A stretch of DNA of 64,000 nucleotides from Candidatus Versatilivorator sp. (GTDB taxonomy: Bacteria; Acidobacteriota; Terriglobia; Versatilivoradales; Versatilivoraceae), in assembly GCA_965207735.1 (NCBI GenBank), contig OZ242296.1, positions 2,080,001 through 2,144,000 of the forward strand, given 5' to 3'. Below the pieces are notes generated by a model that was given only the letters and a program-made list of their open reading frames with translations, did not search any database and had not been told where the DNA came from. Each line of letters begins with the position of its first letter. The first letter of the stretch is position 1. Shown piece after piece: positions 9,545-21,029 of this stretch. The position numbers were made by a program, and so were the translations under genes.

Positions 9545-12500
9545 TTGGCCGGGATCGCCGGTCTGCTCTTGGCGTTGCCCATCGCTGCCGCCACACAAGA
9601 CGTCTGCGACCGTACACCTGAAGTGAGGGACAAACTTGTGGACTTGGCCGGCCTGTCGGCCTGCGAAGACGTGACGACGGCCCATTTGGCTCAGGTGACC
9701 TCACTTGATTTCGAAGCGATGGGAATCTCGGAGCTTAAGACCCACGATTTCAGTGGTCTGAGCAATCTGGAAAGTCTGAACCTGTCTCAAAACAGCCTTT
9801 CCAGCTTGCCGGAGGGGATCTTCGACGGTCTCAGCGGCCTGAAGCTTCTGCAACTGGGCTACAACGACTTATCCAACCTGAGGGCAGAAGTCTTCGATGG
9901 TTTGAGCGACCTGCAGCAGTTGCTGCTTGGGGGAAATAACCTGACGGGATTGCCCGAGGAGGTTTTCGACGGTCTCGGAAACCTGGAACGGCTGGGGCTG
10001 TGGAGCAACGACCTGGCCAGCCTGCCCAAGGGGATCTTCGAGGGTCTGGGTCGACTGAAACGCCTGAGCTTCTTCGACAACGAGCTCACCGGTATTTCTG
10101 CAGGGATCTTCCAGGATCTCGACAGTCTGCAGCTTCTGAACATGAGTTCCGCTTTTACTTCACTGTACGGGGCCACCGTATCCAGCTTGCCCGAAAAGCT
10201 CTTCGAAAGACTCGACCATCTGGAATATCTCGACATGGGCGGTAATTTTCTGGACAGACTTCCACCGGGAATCTTCAAGGGACTTGCCAGGCTGGAATTG
10301 CTGAATCTGGATAGAAGCTTTCAGCTGAGCAGCTTGCCCGAGGGAATCTTCGAGGGGCTGGGCTCCCTGAAATATCTGCGATTACGTTCTTACAAGACCC
10401 TGGAAGACTTGCCCGTGGGGACCTTCGAGGGTCTAGACAGCCTGCAATTTCTGTACCTGGAAAGGGTCTCCCTGAGCAGCTTGCCAGCGGGGATCTTCGA
10501 CGACGTGCTCGATACGTTGGGTGGGGTTTTCACGGTAGATGGCAGAGACTATCGGGGAGCACTGAGCCTAAACCTTGAAGAACCAATGATGTCCGAACTC
10601 TCTTTTGCCTCGACCTCTCAAACCGTCGCGGAAGGAGAGGCCGTCCGCGTAGAGGCAACTCTGAGCACGGCCTTGCCGGTAGCCATTCGCCTCCCCTACA
10701 CCGTGGGCGGCACAGCGACCCCCGGCGCTTATTCCGACCTATCGCCATCTCCTTCCGACGGATTGCTGTTTCTTGCCGGAGAAACCCGCAAAGAAATCAC
10801 TTTGACCCTGAAACAGAACAGCGGCAACCGGGGACAAACCATCGTGCTGACCTTGGCGGAACGTGCCGAAATCGGGCTGCGTCGATCCGACGGTACAGGG
10901 ACCGACGCTCCCCATCTGTTTGCCGGAATACTGCTCAACCGGTCTCGAGGGCCCAGTGCACATACCATCAGCGTCGGCGTTACAACCGCGAAAGGAGTCT
11001 GCAATCGCAGCCCGCAAGTGCGAGACAGGTTGATGAAGGCGACTCAGGCAATAACTTGCGGGGAAGTCACCAGGGAGCACCTTGCCCGCGTACGCGGGCT
11101 ATCTCTTTCGGAGTTAAACATCGCAGGCCTCCAGGAAAACGACTTCGACGGTCTGAGCCAGTTGACCGGCTTGAGCCTCAGGCAAGCGCGCCTGGCGAGG
11201 TTACCCGAGCGGGTATTCCGGCAGCTTGGCAGTCTGGAATTTCTGAGCCTGAGAGCTGTTACCTTGAGCGGCCTGCCCCTGACCGGTCTACCCGCAGGGA
11301 TCTTCAGCGGCCTTGGGAAGATGAAAGAACTGGATTTGAGTGAGAACAATCTGACGGCCCTTCCGGCAGGAATCTTCAATGGACTCGGCAACCTGCACCA
11401 TCTCAACTTGTCTTCCAACCCCCTGACCAGTCTGCCGGAGGGAATCTTCGACGATTCCATCCAATCTTTGGGAGGCGCCTACGTGCTTTCCAGACAAAAT
11501 CCACGCCAGGGAGGACTCTACATTCCCGGGGGCCTCGCTGCCCGGCTGTCCTTCGCCTCCGACTCCCAGACCGCGTTCCAGGGCGACGTCGTCGAGGTAA
11601 CGGCAGTCATGAGCCGCGCCTTGCCGGTGGCCATCCGCGTCCCTTACTCCCTTGGCGGCACCGCAACGATTAACGATTTAACCGATTTGTCGCCTTCTCC
11701 CTCCGACGGACTGCTGTTTCGGGCCGGAGAAACCCGTAAGGCAATCACATTCACTCTGACCACCAAAGAGAACGCCGAGAGCCGGGGGGAGACCATTATC
11801 CTGACCTTGGGTGAACTCGATGACATCAGGTTGCGTCGATCCAACGGCACGGGTCCCGATGCTCCTTATTTAAGAGGCAGGATTCTGATCGAGCGATTCT
11901 ACATGAGACGGTCGCACACCGTCACCATTTCCACCTCGGCCGAGGACGGGGTCTGCAACCGCACATTTCAGGTGAGAGACGCCCTGATGGAGGCTGTCGG
12001 GGTATCGACCTGCGAGCAAGTCAGTGCAGAGAGATTGTCCAGGATGAGTGGGCTGGATCTTTCAAATTCCAGAATCCTGGAGCTTCAAGCACACGACTTC
12101 TCCGGACTCGACAGCTTGCAGCAATTGAACTTGGATTCCAACGAACTGACTACCTTGCCTCCGGGGATCTTCGACGGACTCGAAAGGCTGGAATCCCTAA
12201 GCCTTGCAGTCAACGCCTTGACCGGCCTGAACCGGGGGGTCTTCGAGGGACTCGGCAACCTGCAGGAATTGAACTTGGGCTCCAACGAACTGACTGCCTT
12301 GCCTCCGGGGATCTTCGACGGACTTGCCAGCCTGAGGAATCTGTATCTGGGCTTCAACGCTCTAACCGCCTTGCCGGCAGGAATATTCGTTGGGCTCGAC
12401 AGTGTGACAGTGCTGAACCTTGCAGGCAACTCCCTGACCGGCCTGGCTCGGGGGGCTTTCGACGGACTTGCCGCTCTGCAGTCTCTGAATCTTGTGCACA

Positions 12501-14848
12501 ACTCCCTGACAAGCCTCGGGAAGGACGTCTTCGACGGTCTGAGCAATTTGGAATCCTTGTTTCTGTATAGAAATTCCCTGACCAGCTTGCCCGAGAGAGT
12601 TTTCGACAGTCTCCATAGCCTGCAGGAGTTGCAGCTGCAAATCAACAAATTGGCCAGCCTGCCGGAGGAGATTTTCCGCGGTCTGAGCAAACTCAGGAAT
12701 CTGTTCCTATCCGACAATTCTCTGACCAGTCTGCCGGTAGGGATCTTCAACGGCCTCGGCGGTCTGGAATTGCTGCTCCTAACCAGTTCCTCTCTGACCA
12801 GTCTGCCGGCGGGGATCTTCGACGAACTTCACAGTCTGAAGCTCCTGTCCATGTATCTCAACCCCGAAGACCTCAGCCGTTTGCCTTCGGGAATCTTCGA
12901 CGAGGTGCTGGATACTGTCGGCGCGCCCTATTTCCGGGAGGGAGCATACAGGCCCGGAAGTCTGGAGGTAGCCCTTGAGAAAGTTGCTCTTGCCTTCGCT
13001 TTGCCCGGGCAGACAGCACTGCAAGGGGACACTGTCGAGGTAGCGGTCACCCTGAGCCACGCTTTGCCACTGGCGGTACGGGTCCCCTATCGGGTGGGTG
13101 GCACCGCGACGGCCCATGCATATACGGACCTGTCCCCTTCGCCCACCGACGGTCTGCTGTTCCGGGCTGGAGAGACGAGCCGGGAGATTACGCTTACCCT
13201 GGTGAAGGACGCGGCCAACCAGGGTCAAACCGTCACGTTGTCCTTGGGGCCCCTTTCCGAAATCAGCCTACGGCGCTCCGACGGTTCGGGTCTCGACCCT
13301 CCCCACCTTGAGGCCAACGTCTTGTTGCACTTCTACTACGGGATCCCCAGCCACACCATCACCATTTCAGGCACCGGTACGGGCGAGCCTGAGCAGGAAA
13401 AGGCGCTGTTCGTCCCCGTGCTGCTGACCTCGGCCGGGCTCAACGACTCCTTCTTCACCTCCGAGCTGACCCTGACCAACCGCGGGCCTCAGTCGGCCAG
13501 GCTTTACTACACCTACACGGCTCATTTGGGAGGCGGAAGCGGAAGCGGAACTGCCACCGAAAGGCTGGCTCCGGGGCGACAGCGTACCGTAACCAACACC
13601 ATCGACTATCTCTCAGGCCTGGGCGTTCCCATCCCCGACTCCGGGAACCGCATCGGGACCCTGCGGGTGGAGGTCTCGGGTTCTTCCCAGGTGAGCCTGA
13701 CCACCCGCACCGCCACCGCCGTGCCCGACGGCCGGGCCGGCCTGGCCTATCCCTCCATCGCCGAGGAGGAGGGCTTTCAGGAAGCCGTCTACCTGTGCGG
13801 GTTGCGCCAGAACACTCAGGATCGCTCCAACGTGGCCTTCCAGCACATGGGAGCTCCCGATGACGGCCCCGTCACCCTGAGGACCACCGCCTATTCCGGG
13901 GAGGCCGACGACACCGGCTCCCTGGTGGTGGGAGAGGTGGAGCTGCAGCCGGGAGGCTTCCACCAGTACTCGGGACTGCTGGGAAGGCTGGGCGCTCCGG
14001 CCCAGGGCTACGTGAAGGTGGAAAAGGTCTCCGGAGAGGCTCCGTTCTACGCCTACGGGGTCATCAACGACAACTTCAACTCGGACGGCTCCTTCGTATT
14101 TCCCCTGACCGCCTCCTCCCTGGTAGGCACCAGCGGACAGACCCTGCCGGTCATCATCGAGACCGGAAGCTTCCAGAGCGAGCTGACGGTGACCAACTTC
14201 TCGGCCACGGACAAGACTGTGACCTTCAGCTTCGTGGCCGAAGGGGTCAACAGGGGAGACGACACGGCCACCTTCCGCCTGAGGTTAAAAGCCGGGGAAC
14301 AGCACATCCTGCCCGGTATCGTGGAGGAACTGCGGCGGCGGGAGGTGGAGGGGATCGGCGGGGCTGACCGGGCCTATGTGGGAGCGCTGTTCGCCACGCC
14401 GGCCGAGGGGGACATGAGCGGCATCGTGATCGGAGCCCGGACGGGGGCTCCCGACAATAGAGGCGGGCAGTACAGTCTCTTCTACAACGGGGTGCCCTAT
14501 GGCTCGGCTTCGGTCGAGAGCGCCTGGATCTACGGGCTGCAGCAGAACGCGGAGAACCGCAGCAACCTGGCCCTGGTGAATACGGGGGAGATCGACGATA
14601 CCCCCAGCACCTTCGAGATCACGATTTACGACGGCAGCGGAGAGTCTCGACCAAGAACGAGAAGCGTGACGCTCGGTCCTCGCCGCTGGCACCAAGTCAA
14701 CGGGATTCTGGGCAACACCAGCCAGGGATATGCGCAGGTGCGAAAGGTTTCGGGCAACAACCCGTTCATTACCTATGGCGTAATCAACGACGGCGGGAGA
14801 CCCGGGGAACGCAGCGGCGACGGCGCCTTCCTGCTCAGCCAGGAGTAG
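9545..14848 (+). CDS. Secreted leucine-rich-repeat protein: three [Cys cap + LRR + Calx-beta/Ig-like] modules plus shared C-terminal domain
   Basis: Signal-like N-terminus. Three caps VC(D/N)RxxxVRDxL...C. 24-aa typical LRRs (LxxLxLxxNxLxxLPxGIFxGL). Three copies of GGTAT..Y.DLSPSP.DGLLF.AGET. CTD from ~13406. Start (TTG) uncertain. Confidence 0.9.
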   Translation: MAGIAGLLLALPIAAATQDVCDRTPEVRDKLVDLAGLSACEDVTTAHLAQVTSLDFEAMGISELKTHDFSGLSNLESLNLSQNSLSSLPEGIFDGLSGLKLLQLGYNDLSNLRAEVFDGLSDLQQLLLGGNNLTGLPEEVFDGLGNLERLGLWSNDLASLPKGIFEGLGRLKRLSFFDNELTGISAGIFQDLDSLQLLNMSSAFTSLYGATVSSLPEKLFERLDHLEYLDMGGNFLDRLPPGIFKGLARLELLNLDRSFQLSSLPEGIFEGLGSLKYLRLRSYKTLEDLPVGTFEGLDSLQFLYLERVSLSSLPAGIFDDVLDTLGGVFTVDGRDYRGALSLNLEEPMMSELSFASTSQTVAEGEAVRVEATLSTALPVAIRLPYTVGGTATPGAYSDLSPSPSDGLLFLAGETRKEITLTLKQNSGNRGQTIVLTLAERAEIGLRRSDGTGTDAPHLFAGILLNRSRGPSAHTISVGVTTAKGVCNRSPQVRDRLMKATQAITCGEVTREHLARVRGLSLSELNIAGLQENDFDGLSQLTGLSLRQARLARLPERVFRQLGSLEFLSLRAVTLSGLPLTGLPAGIFSGLGKMKELDLSENNLTALPAGIFNGLGNLHHLNLSSNPLTSLPEGIFDDSIQSLGGAYVLSRQNPRQGGLYIPGGLAARLSFASDSQTAFQGDVVEVTAVMSRALPVAIRVPYSLGGTATINDLTDLSPSPSDGLLFRAGETRKAITFTLTTKENAESRGETIILTLGELDDIRLRRSNGTGPDAPYLRGRILIERFYMRRSHTVTISTSAEDGVCNRTFQVRDALMEAVGVSTCEQVSAERLSRMSGLDLSNSRILELQAHDFSGLDSLQQLNLDSNELTTLPPGIFDGLERLESLSLAVNALTGLNRGVFEGLGNLQELNLGSNELTALPPGIFDGLASLRNLYLGFNALTALPAGIFVGLDSVTVLNLAGNSLTGLARGAFDGLAALQSLNLVHNSLTSLGKDVFDGLSNLESLFLYRNSLTSLPERVFDSLHSLQELQLQINKLASLPEEIFRGLSKLRNLFLSDNSLTSLPVGIFNGLGGLELLLLTSSSLTSLPAGIFDELHSLKLLSMYLNPEDLSRLPSGIFDEVLDTVGAPYFREGAYRPGSLEVALEKVALAFALPGQTALQGDTVEVAVTLSHALPLAVRVPYRVGGTATAHAYTDLSPSPTDGLLFRAGETSREITLTLVKDAANQGQTVTLSLGPLSEISLRRSDGSGLDPPHLEANVLLHFYYGIPSHTITISGTGTGEPEQEKALFVPVLLTSAGLNDSFFTSELTLTNRGPQSARLYYTYTAHLGGGSGSGTATERLAPGRQRTVTNTIDYLSGLGVPIPDSGNRIGTLRVEVSGSSQVSLTTRTATAVPDGRAGLAYPSIAEEEGFQEAVYLCGLRQNTQDRSNVAFQHMGAPDDGPVTLRTTAYSGEADDTGSLVVGEVELQPGGFHQYSGLLGRLGAPAQGYVKVEKVSGEAPFYAYGVINDNFNSDGSFVFPLTASSLVGTSGQTLPVIIETGSFQSELTVTNFSATDKTVTFSFVAEGVNRGDDTATFRLRLKAGEQHILPGIVEELRRREVEGIGGADRAYVGALFATPAEGDMSGIVIGARTGAPDNRGGQYSLFYNGVPYGSASVESAWIYGLQQNAENRSNLALVNTGEIDDTPSTFEITIYDGSGESRPRTRSVTLGPRRWHQVNGILGNTSQGYAQVRKVSGNNPFITYGVINDGGRPGERSGDGAFLLSQE

Positions 14849-15016
14849 GCCTTCTTTCTTCGGAGGCATCCCTCATGATTCAGAACAACAACACCGATTG
14901 TTCTACCGGTGACTGGAAGCGAACCGAGCCGGAACACGTCGTCTATTTGCCCAAGACCGAGCATGGCTCCGACGGTTATGCGGATCACTTCGTTGAGTGA
15001 CGGTTGAACCGCTGCA

Positions 15017-18000
15017 CTACTGGCTGGGCAGGAAGGCTCCGTCTCCGCTCCGCTCTCCCGGAGCGCCGCCGTCGTTGACCACCCCGTAGGCCAGGAAGGG
15101 ATTGTTGCCCGACAGCCTTCTGACATGGACGTACCCCTGGCCAGTTCCCGGAGCATAGTCGCTCAGGATACCGTTGATCTGATGCCAGCCACGGGCCGCA
15201 ATGGCTTCGGTAGTAACGGTTCTGACCAGCCTGCCCGTCTCCCCGTCGTAGATGTCGAGGCTGAAGACACTCTCCCCTTCATCGACTTCACCCGTGTTGA
15301 CCAGCGCCAGGTTGCTGCGGTTGGTGGCGTTCTGCTGCAGCCGATAGATCCAGGCGCTTCCGGTCGAGGCCGAGCCATCGGGCGCGGCGTTGTAGAAGAC
15401 CCCGTACTGACCTCCGCCCCCGGGCGAACCCGTCCGCGCCCCGATCACGATCCCGCTCATGTCTCCCTCCGACACCCGGGCGAACAGCGCTCCGGCATAG
15501 GCCCGGCCGGCCGGACCGATCCCCGCCACTTCCTGTCCCCGCAGGTGGTCGACGATGTTGGGTAGGATGCTCTGCTCGCCGGCCTGCAGCGTCAGGCTGA
15601 AGGTGGTCAAGCCATCGGTGTCGATCGCATCGGCCACAAAGCTGAAGTCCACTTGCTTGTCCGAGGAAGAGAAGTTCGTCACCGTCAACTCGCTGGCGAA
15701 GTCCCTGGTTTCGACGATCACCGGCAGGGTCTGCCTGCTCGTGCCTCTCAGAGAGTCTTCCGCCACCGGAAAGACGAACGACCCGTCCGAGTTGAAATTG
15801 TCATTAATGACCCCGTAGGCATAGTAGGGCGCTGCTCCTTCAACCCGCTCCACTCTCACGTAGCCGTTGTCGAAGCCGGCCTTGGTCAGGATGCCGTTGT
15901 ACTGGCGGAACCCTCCAGGAGGCAACAACAGATCCGGCAGCACCAGGCTCCCCGGCTCTTCCGAGTCCCCGGAGTAGACCGTCACCCTCAGGGTGATACT
16001 CTCCTCACTGGCGTCCCCCGCGTTCTGAACCGCTACGTTGGAGCGGTCCTGGCTGTTCTGACGCAGGCCGGTAATCAAGGCAGGCCCGGTGAGCATGCCG
16101 TCGGGATTCAATCCCGGGAAGGTCAAGCCGGCCCTCCCGCTTCCCTCTTCGACCGGGGTCGTGACCCTCACGGTGACGGCGGCATCCGAGGGAGAGGAGA
16201 GGTTGGAGAAATCCACCGCCAGTGTGCCGCCCGCCGAACCGCTCTCGATGGGAACGCCCAGGGAGGTCAGATAGACGATGGCGTCGGGAATGATCCGCTG
16301 CCGGCCGGGCCCCAGAGAGTCCACGGCCGTGCCTGAGCCCCCTCCGTAAGCCGCCGTATAGGTGTAGTGGACGGCTGCTGTCGTGGTTCCCCGATTGGTG
16401 AGGGTCAGTTCGGAGGTGAAGAAGGAACTCGCCGTGCGTCCCTGAGACCGCAGCACGATGGGGATGAACAACCGGCTGCGGATTCCGGTATTTACCACTG
16501 TAAATGGGTCAGCGCTCACGGCTGTTCCGCCGGGAGTGACCACGCTGATCGGGCCGCTGGCGGCCTCCAAGGGAACGACCGCCTTGATATTCGTCCCAGA
16601 CACAACCTCGAAACGGGCAGCAGGCACTCCATTGAACCATACGGCGCTGGCGCCACGAAAATTTGTTCCGGTAACGGTGACTCGAGCACCCACAGGTCCC
16701 CTCGCCGGACTGAACCGGATCAGGGTCGGCGGCAGTGCCTTCGGAGTCGTCGCCCGGGCCTCGTTCGAGAAATCGGACGTTACGTCCTTCTTGAAAGCCC
16801 TCACGCGGTAGTGATAGATAGTGGTGGGTTCCAGTCCAATATCAGAAAAAGTGGTAACGTTGGCCTTTGTGCTCCCGATTTCGACCCAATTTGACGAGCC
16901 GTCAACCCTCTGCTGCACCATGAAACCCGCCTCATCGTCGCTGTTGTCCTGCCAGGAAAGGTTGATTTCATAGAAGGAAACTGCGATTGCCGTCAGGCGA
17001 CTGGGAGCATTGGGTGGCCGAGGCGATCGCGTCAAAAACCGAATACGATGATTGTCAGTGTCTGCAAAGTAGACCTTGCCAAGTTTGTCCACTGCTATGC
17101 CAATGGGATTGGCCAAACGAATTTCCAACGCAGGGCCACTGTCCCCATTGAATCCCGTTTGCGTGTACCCAAGTATGTTGGTGGTTCCCGCAATGGTGGT
17201 GATGACGCCCCGAGAATCTATGCGGCGTATATGTTGGTGGTTGGTATCGGCAATGTAGAGGTTGCCTCGTCCATCCATGGCCAAATGCAAGAAGGTGCCG
17301 AGTGCTGCCAAGTTTGCCGGACCGTCGTTCCTGCTGAATCTACCGAGCCCTATCCCCGCGATCGTAGTGATGATTCCGGAAGTATCCACGCGTCGAATAC
17401 GGCGGTTACCGGCGCCGATATAGAGGTTACCGGCGCCGTCCACCGCCACGCTACTTGGATATCTCAACCGCGCCTCGACTGCCGGTTCACCGTCGCCGCT
17501 GTAGGTAACTCCATAGCCTTCTCTTCCAACTCCCGCGACTGTTGTAATGATCCCAGAAACATCCACGCGACGGATGCGATGGTTAGCAGAATCAGCGACA
17601 TAGAGGTTACCTGCATTGTCCAGGGCCAAGCCCCTTGGACTGTTAAGACGCGCCTCGACGGCTGGCCCGCCGTATCCGCCGTAGCCACCTTGAAAATATC
17701 TCTCCTCCCCGGTGCCCTCCCCGGTGCCCGCGATGGTCGTGATGACACCCCTGGAATCCACCCGGCGAATCAGGTGATTCCCCCAGTCAGCGATATAGAG
17801 GTTGCCTGCCCCGTCCACGGCTACAGCCCATGGAAAATTCAGGCGCGCCTCGACGGCTGGCCCGCCGTCCCCGCTGTAGCCGCCTATCCGCCCCTCGAAG
17901 AAATTCGGACTCTTTGTAAACTCCCCGGTGCCCGCGACGGTGGTGATGATCCCAGATGTATCCACCCTTCGAATACGTTGGTTCCAGGTATCGGCAATGA

Positions 18001-19749
18001 AGAGGTTTCCTGCCTCATCTACAGCCACGGCGTACGGACTATCCATATGCGCTTCAACCGCCGGCCCGCCGGCCCGCCGTCCCCGCTGTAGCTGCCAAGC
18101 GTATTGTGCATAGTGACAAGATGATGATCGACGTCCCCCGTTCCAGCGATAGTACTGATTTTCCAATGAGCCTCTGACAGAGGACCTGCAACGGTCTCCG
18201 CGTTGACTTCGTTGGAGAAAGCGGACAGATCACTACCGTTGAAGGCCTGTACTTGGTAAACGTAGGTGGTTCCTGGAAATAATCCGGTATCTGAAAACGT
18301 CGTTGTGTTGGCCGCAGTTCTTTCAACTTCAGTCCAATGTGCCCACCCCCCTCTCCGGCGCTGCACGATGAAACCGGTCTCATTCGTACTATTGTCTTGC
18401 CATGACAGATCGATTCGAGAGAAAGAAGCCTGTGAGAAGGAGGAATCCGTGATCTCCAAGTTGGTTGGCGGCTGGAAATCAATCGGTGCAGGAGTCAAAC
18501 AGCCATGGTTGCTTGAAACGTAGCTTGATATTTCGTCACGTGACAACTTACAGAACGTCAACCCCGAGCCCTCAACCGTACCGGGCCACATGATGCTGGT
18601 GGAGCAACTATCCAAGGAAGGACTTAGTTCACGAGGAAGTGTCTCGTTGGGATGGAACGCCCCAAGATTGTGGCCGATTTGATGGGCCGTAATCCAGTAC
18701 TTGTCCATAGGATCCTGCTCGATTACACGACTGCCAAATTGATTGCGGAAGTGGCTCGACAAACTGTATTTCAGAGGGCTATAGCCGCAGACGACCCCTG
18801 TATAGGCGTGTCCAACAGTCCAGGCCAAGCCAAAAAACGCGAAATCGTCCCGTTCCCTATCGGTCCAAAGATGAGCGAGATCATAGTCAATCTCCGCCGC
18901 GAAGTTAGTGTTCCAGTATTCAGCGAATTCATCTAGCAACTCCGGAAGATTCGTGGCGGTGTAGGGATCATCCTCTGTGCCCCAAGTGTTCTGAGAAACA
19001 ATCCGGAACTGCAACAGAAGCTCGTTCTGATATATCCCCTCCACTTGGTTCAATATGCCCCGAATTGCTCGGTTGGCCGCTTCGGAGCCTCCCATGGCCT
19101 GCACGTATTCGTAGTCGGCTTCGGTCGCCACATCAATTTCGTACTTGATGGAGGTACCCGCTTCTACCTGCACCGACACTCTGCCTACGCCACGCTGCAG
19201 GCGCTTTGGCAGCGACATGCCGCACTTCAGAGCTTCGCCTCTCTTGATGTCCGCGTTCCTGTAGACCAACAGGTCTTCGGTCGAGGCGCTCGGAAGATAG
19301 TTCCGCAAGGGCTCCACGTAGACCCAGCCCTCGGGAGCGTAGACGACCCCCTCCACCCCACCGTCCGTCAGATTGAATCGACCTCGGATGTCTTCCCGTC
19401 CCGCCAGCACTCCCTTGAAAGTGTGCACCGGCTCGGGGGAGAGCGTCCGCTTCGCTCCTCCGAATCCCATCTCCACCGCCCGGTAGTTAGGGGCTCGCAT
19501 GTCGTGAGGTTCTAACTTGAAATAGAAATCGGTCTCGTTGAACCGGAACCGCAGCTCTCCGGTCGTGCGAACCTGTTGTTCGATCTCCCCGGGTTCCATT
19601 CGAATGACTTCGTAGCTCGACACGACGGGGCTCAGCGCCCGCGAGACCTCGGATGCCCGAGTCAGGCCCTGAGGGGGGCTGACCGAGATTCCAAGACCGG
19701 CCAGAAGCAGGATGGACAGCCAGGAAAGAATTTTGTTCCGGTTGATCAT
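15017..19749 (-). pseudogene. Frameshifted secreted protein: prodomain + M12B-like (HQxxH) + FN3 + 6 NHL + FN3 + IPT/TIG + shared C-terminal domain
   Basis: ORFs 18019-19749 and 15017-18166 join in one frame (YSGDGGPAVEA) if one copy of the 8-bp tandem ccggcccg at 18061-18076 is removed. Colinear with the paralog at 50458. Confidence 0.88.
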
Positions 19750-19977
19750 GGTTGGCTCAGGTGATGGTGGGACGAAGCCGGGCCACTATTGTAGTCGATT
19801 GCAGGGATAGCGAAAATTTGGCCGCCTTGCACGGCCATTTCAAATGGCCCCACGATGAGCCTTGGAACTGTCAACTCCCAGACGGGAATTGAGTTATGAT
19901 GGCGCCATGGGTTCTCGGGCCACGGCTTCCACCATCGGACGCCTCTTGATTTCCGCCTTCCACCCCTGAGGAGCACA

Positions 19978-20946
19978 ATGCGTTACGTTTGGAACTCTAC
20001 ACCAACCGAGCATCGTTGCAGGCAGCGCGCGGTTTCGGTCGCAACTTTGATCGCCTGCCTGCTGGCCGGAACTGCTGCCAAAGCCCAGGACGACGGCCGC
20101 GGCGGCTATGTCGGCTTCAACCTGGGTTTGGCGGGATCGTCGCCGTTGGATTCGGCCGTCTCCGCGGTCAGCAACCCGACCAGGTGCGACAGGCTGCTTT
20201 ACGACGATCCGGCGCTGGCGCCGAGCGACCCTGCATGCACGGACACGACGCCGCGGCAACTCTCCTCCAACGGCTTCTCGCCAGGGTTGGGATTCACAGG
20301 CGGTTTCAACGCCGGCTACGCCTTCGGCGGTCCTCGCATCGAGTTCGAGTACAGGGCCCGGACCCAGGGAGGCGACGTGTCCCCGCTCATCGACGCCGCC
20401 TCCAACCAGGCCGTGGTCAGCAAAGCCCTGGAATGGAGTCCGGTGTCCCCCCCGACCGAGTCGATCTCCAACTACCGCGTCCACCAGGTCTTCGCCAACT
20501 TCTACTACGACTTTCCAAACCAGTCGCGGTGGACGCCCTTTCTGGGGGCCGGCGCCGGCCTGGCCCGCACCGGCCTGCGCTACACCCGACGCCTCATCCG
20601 TAAAACCCTCGACCAGGGGTATCAGGACGTGGAGCCGCCGCTCACCCTCGCCGACCGGCCGGCAGCGGCCGCCGGCACGGTCAGCCTGCTGCAACCGGAC
20701 CTCAGCGGCACGCTTCCCGGCTTTCAGATCCTGGGCGGGGTGGACTACGCGGTGGGAGAACGCACTTCGATCGGGATCAATGCGCACTGGGCCCGCTTTG
20801 GGGAGCTGAGCCAGAACGTGACCTGGTCCATCATCCGCAGCCACGAACCGGTGCGGGCGGACGGGACGACGCCGTTCTCGGGAACGGTGACGCTGAGCAG
20901 CTTCCAGAAATGGGGGGTGACGCTCGGACTGAAGTACCGCTTCTGA
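19978..20946 (+). CDS. Outer-membrane beta-barrel protein (opacity/Msp2/OmpW-like) with long loops
   Basis: Signal peptide, GYVGFNLG, RIEFEY, FANFYYDF, WTPFLGAGAG, FQILGGVDY and C-terminal beta-signal GVTLGLKYRF. Confidence 0.85.
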   Translation: MRYVWNSTPTEHRCRQRAVSVATLIACLLAGTAAKAQDDGRGGYVGFNLGLAGSSPLDSAVSAVSNPTRCDRLLYDDPALAPSDPACTDTTPRQLSSNGFSPGLGFTGGFNAGYAFGGPRIEFEYRARTQGGDVSPLIDAASNQAVVSKALEWSPVSPPTESISNYRVHQVFANFYYDFPNQSRWTPFLGAGAGLARTGLRYTRRLIRKTLDQGYQDVEPPLTLADRPAAAAGTVSLLQPDLSGTLPGFQILGGVDYAVGERTSIGINAHWARFGELSQNVTWSIIRSHEPVRADGTTPFSGTVTLSSFQKWGVTLGLKYRF

Positions 20947-21029
20947 ACCGCAGGGACTCCACCGGGGTAAAAAGGCTGGCGTGAGCCGAGCCGGGCAGCT
21001 TTTGTGGCTGGTTTAAAGCCCGGGCCGCT

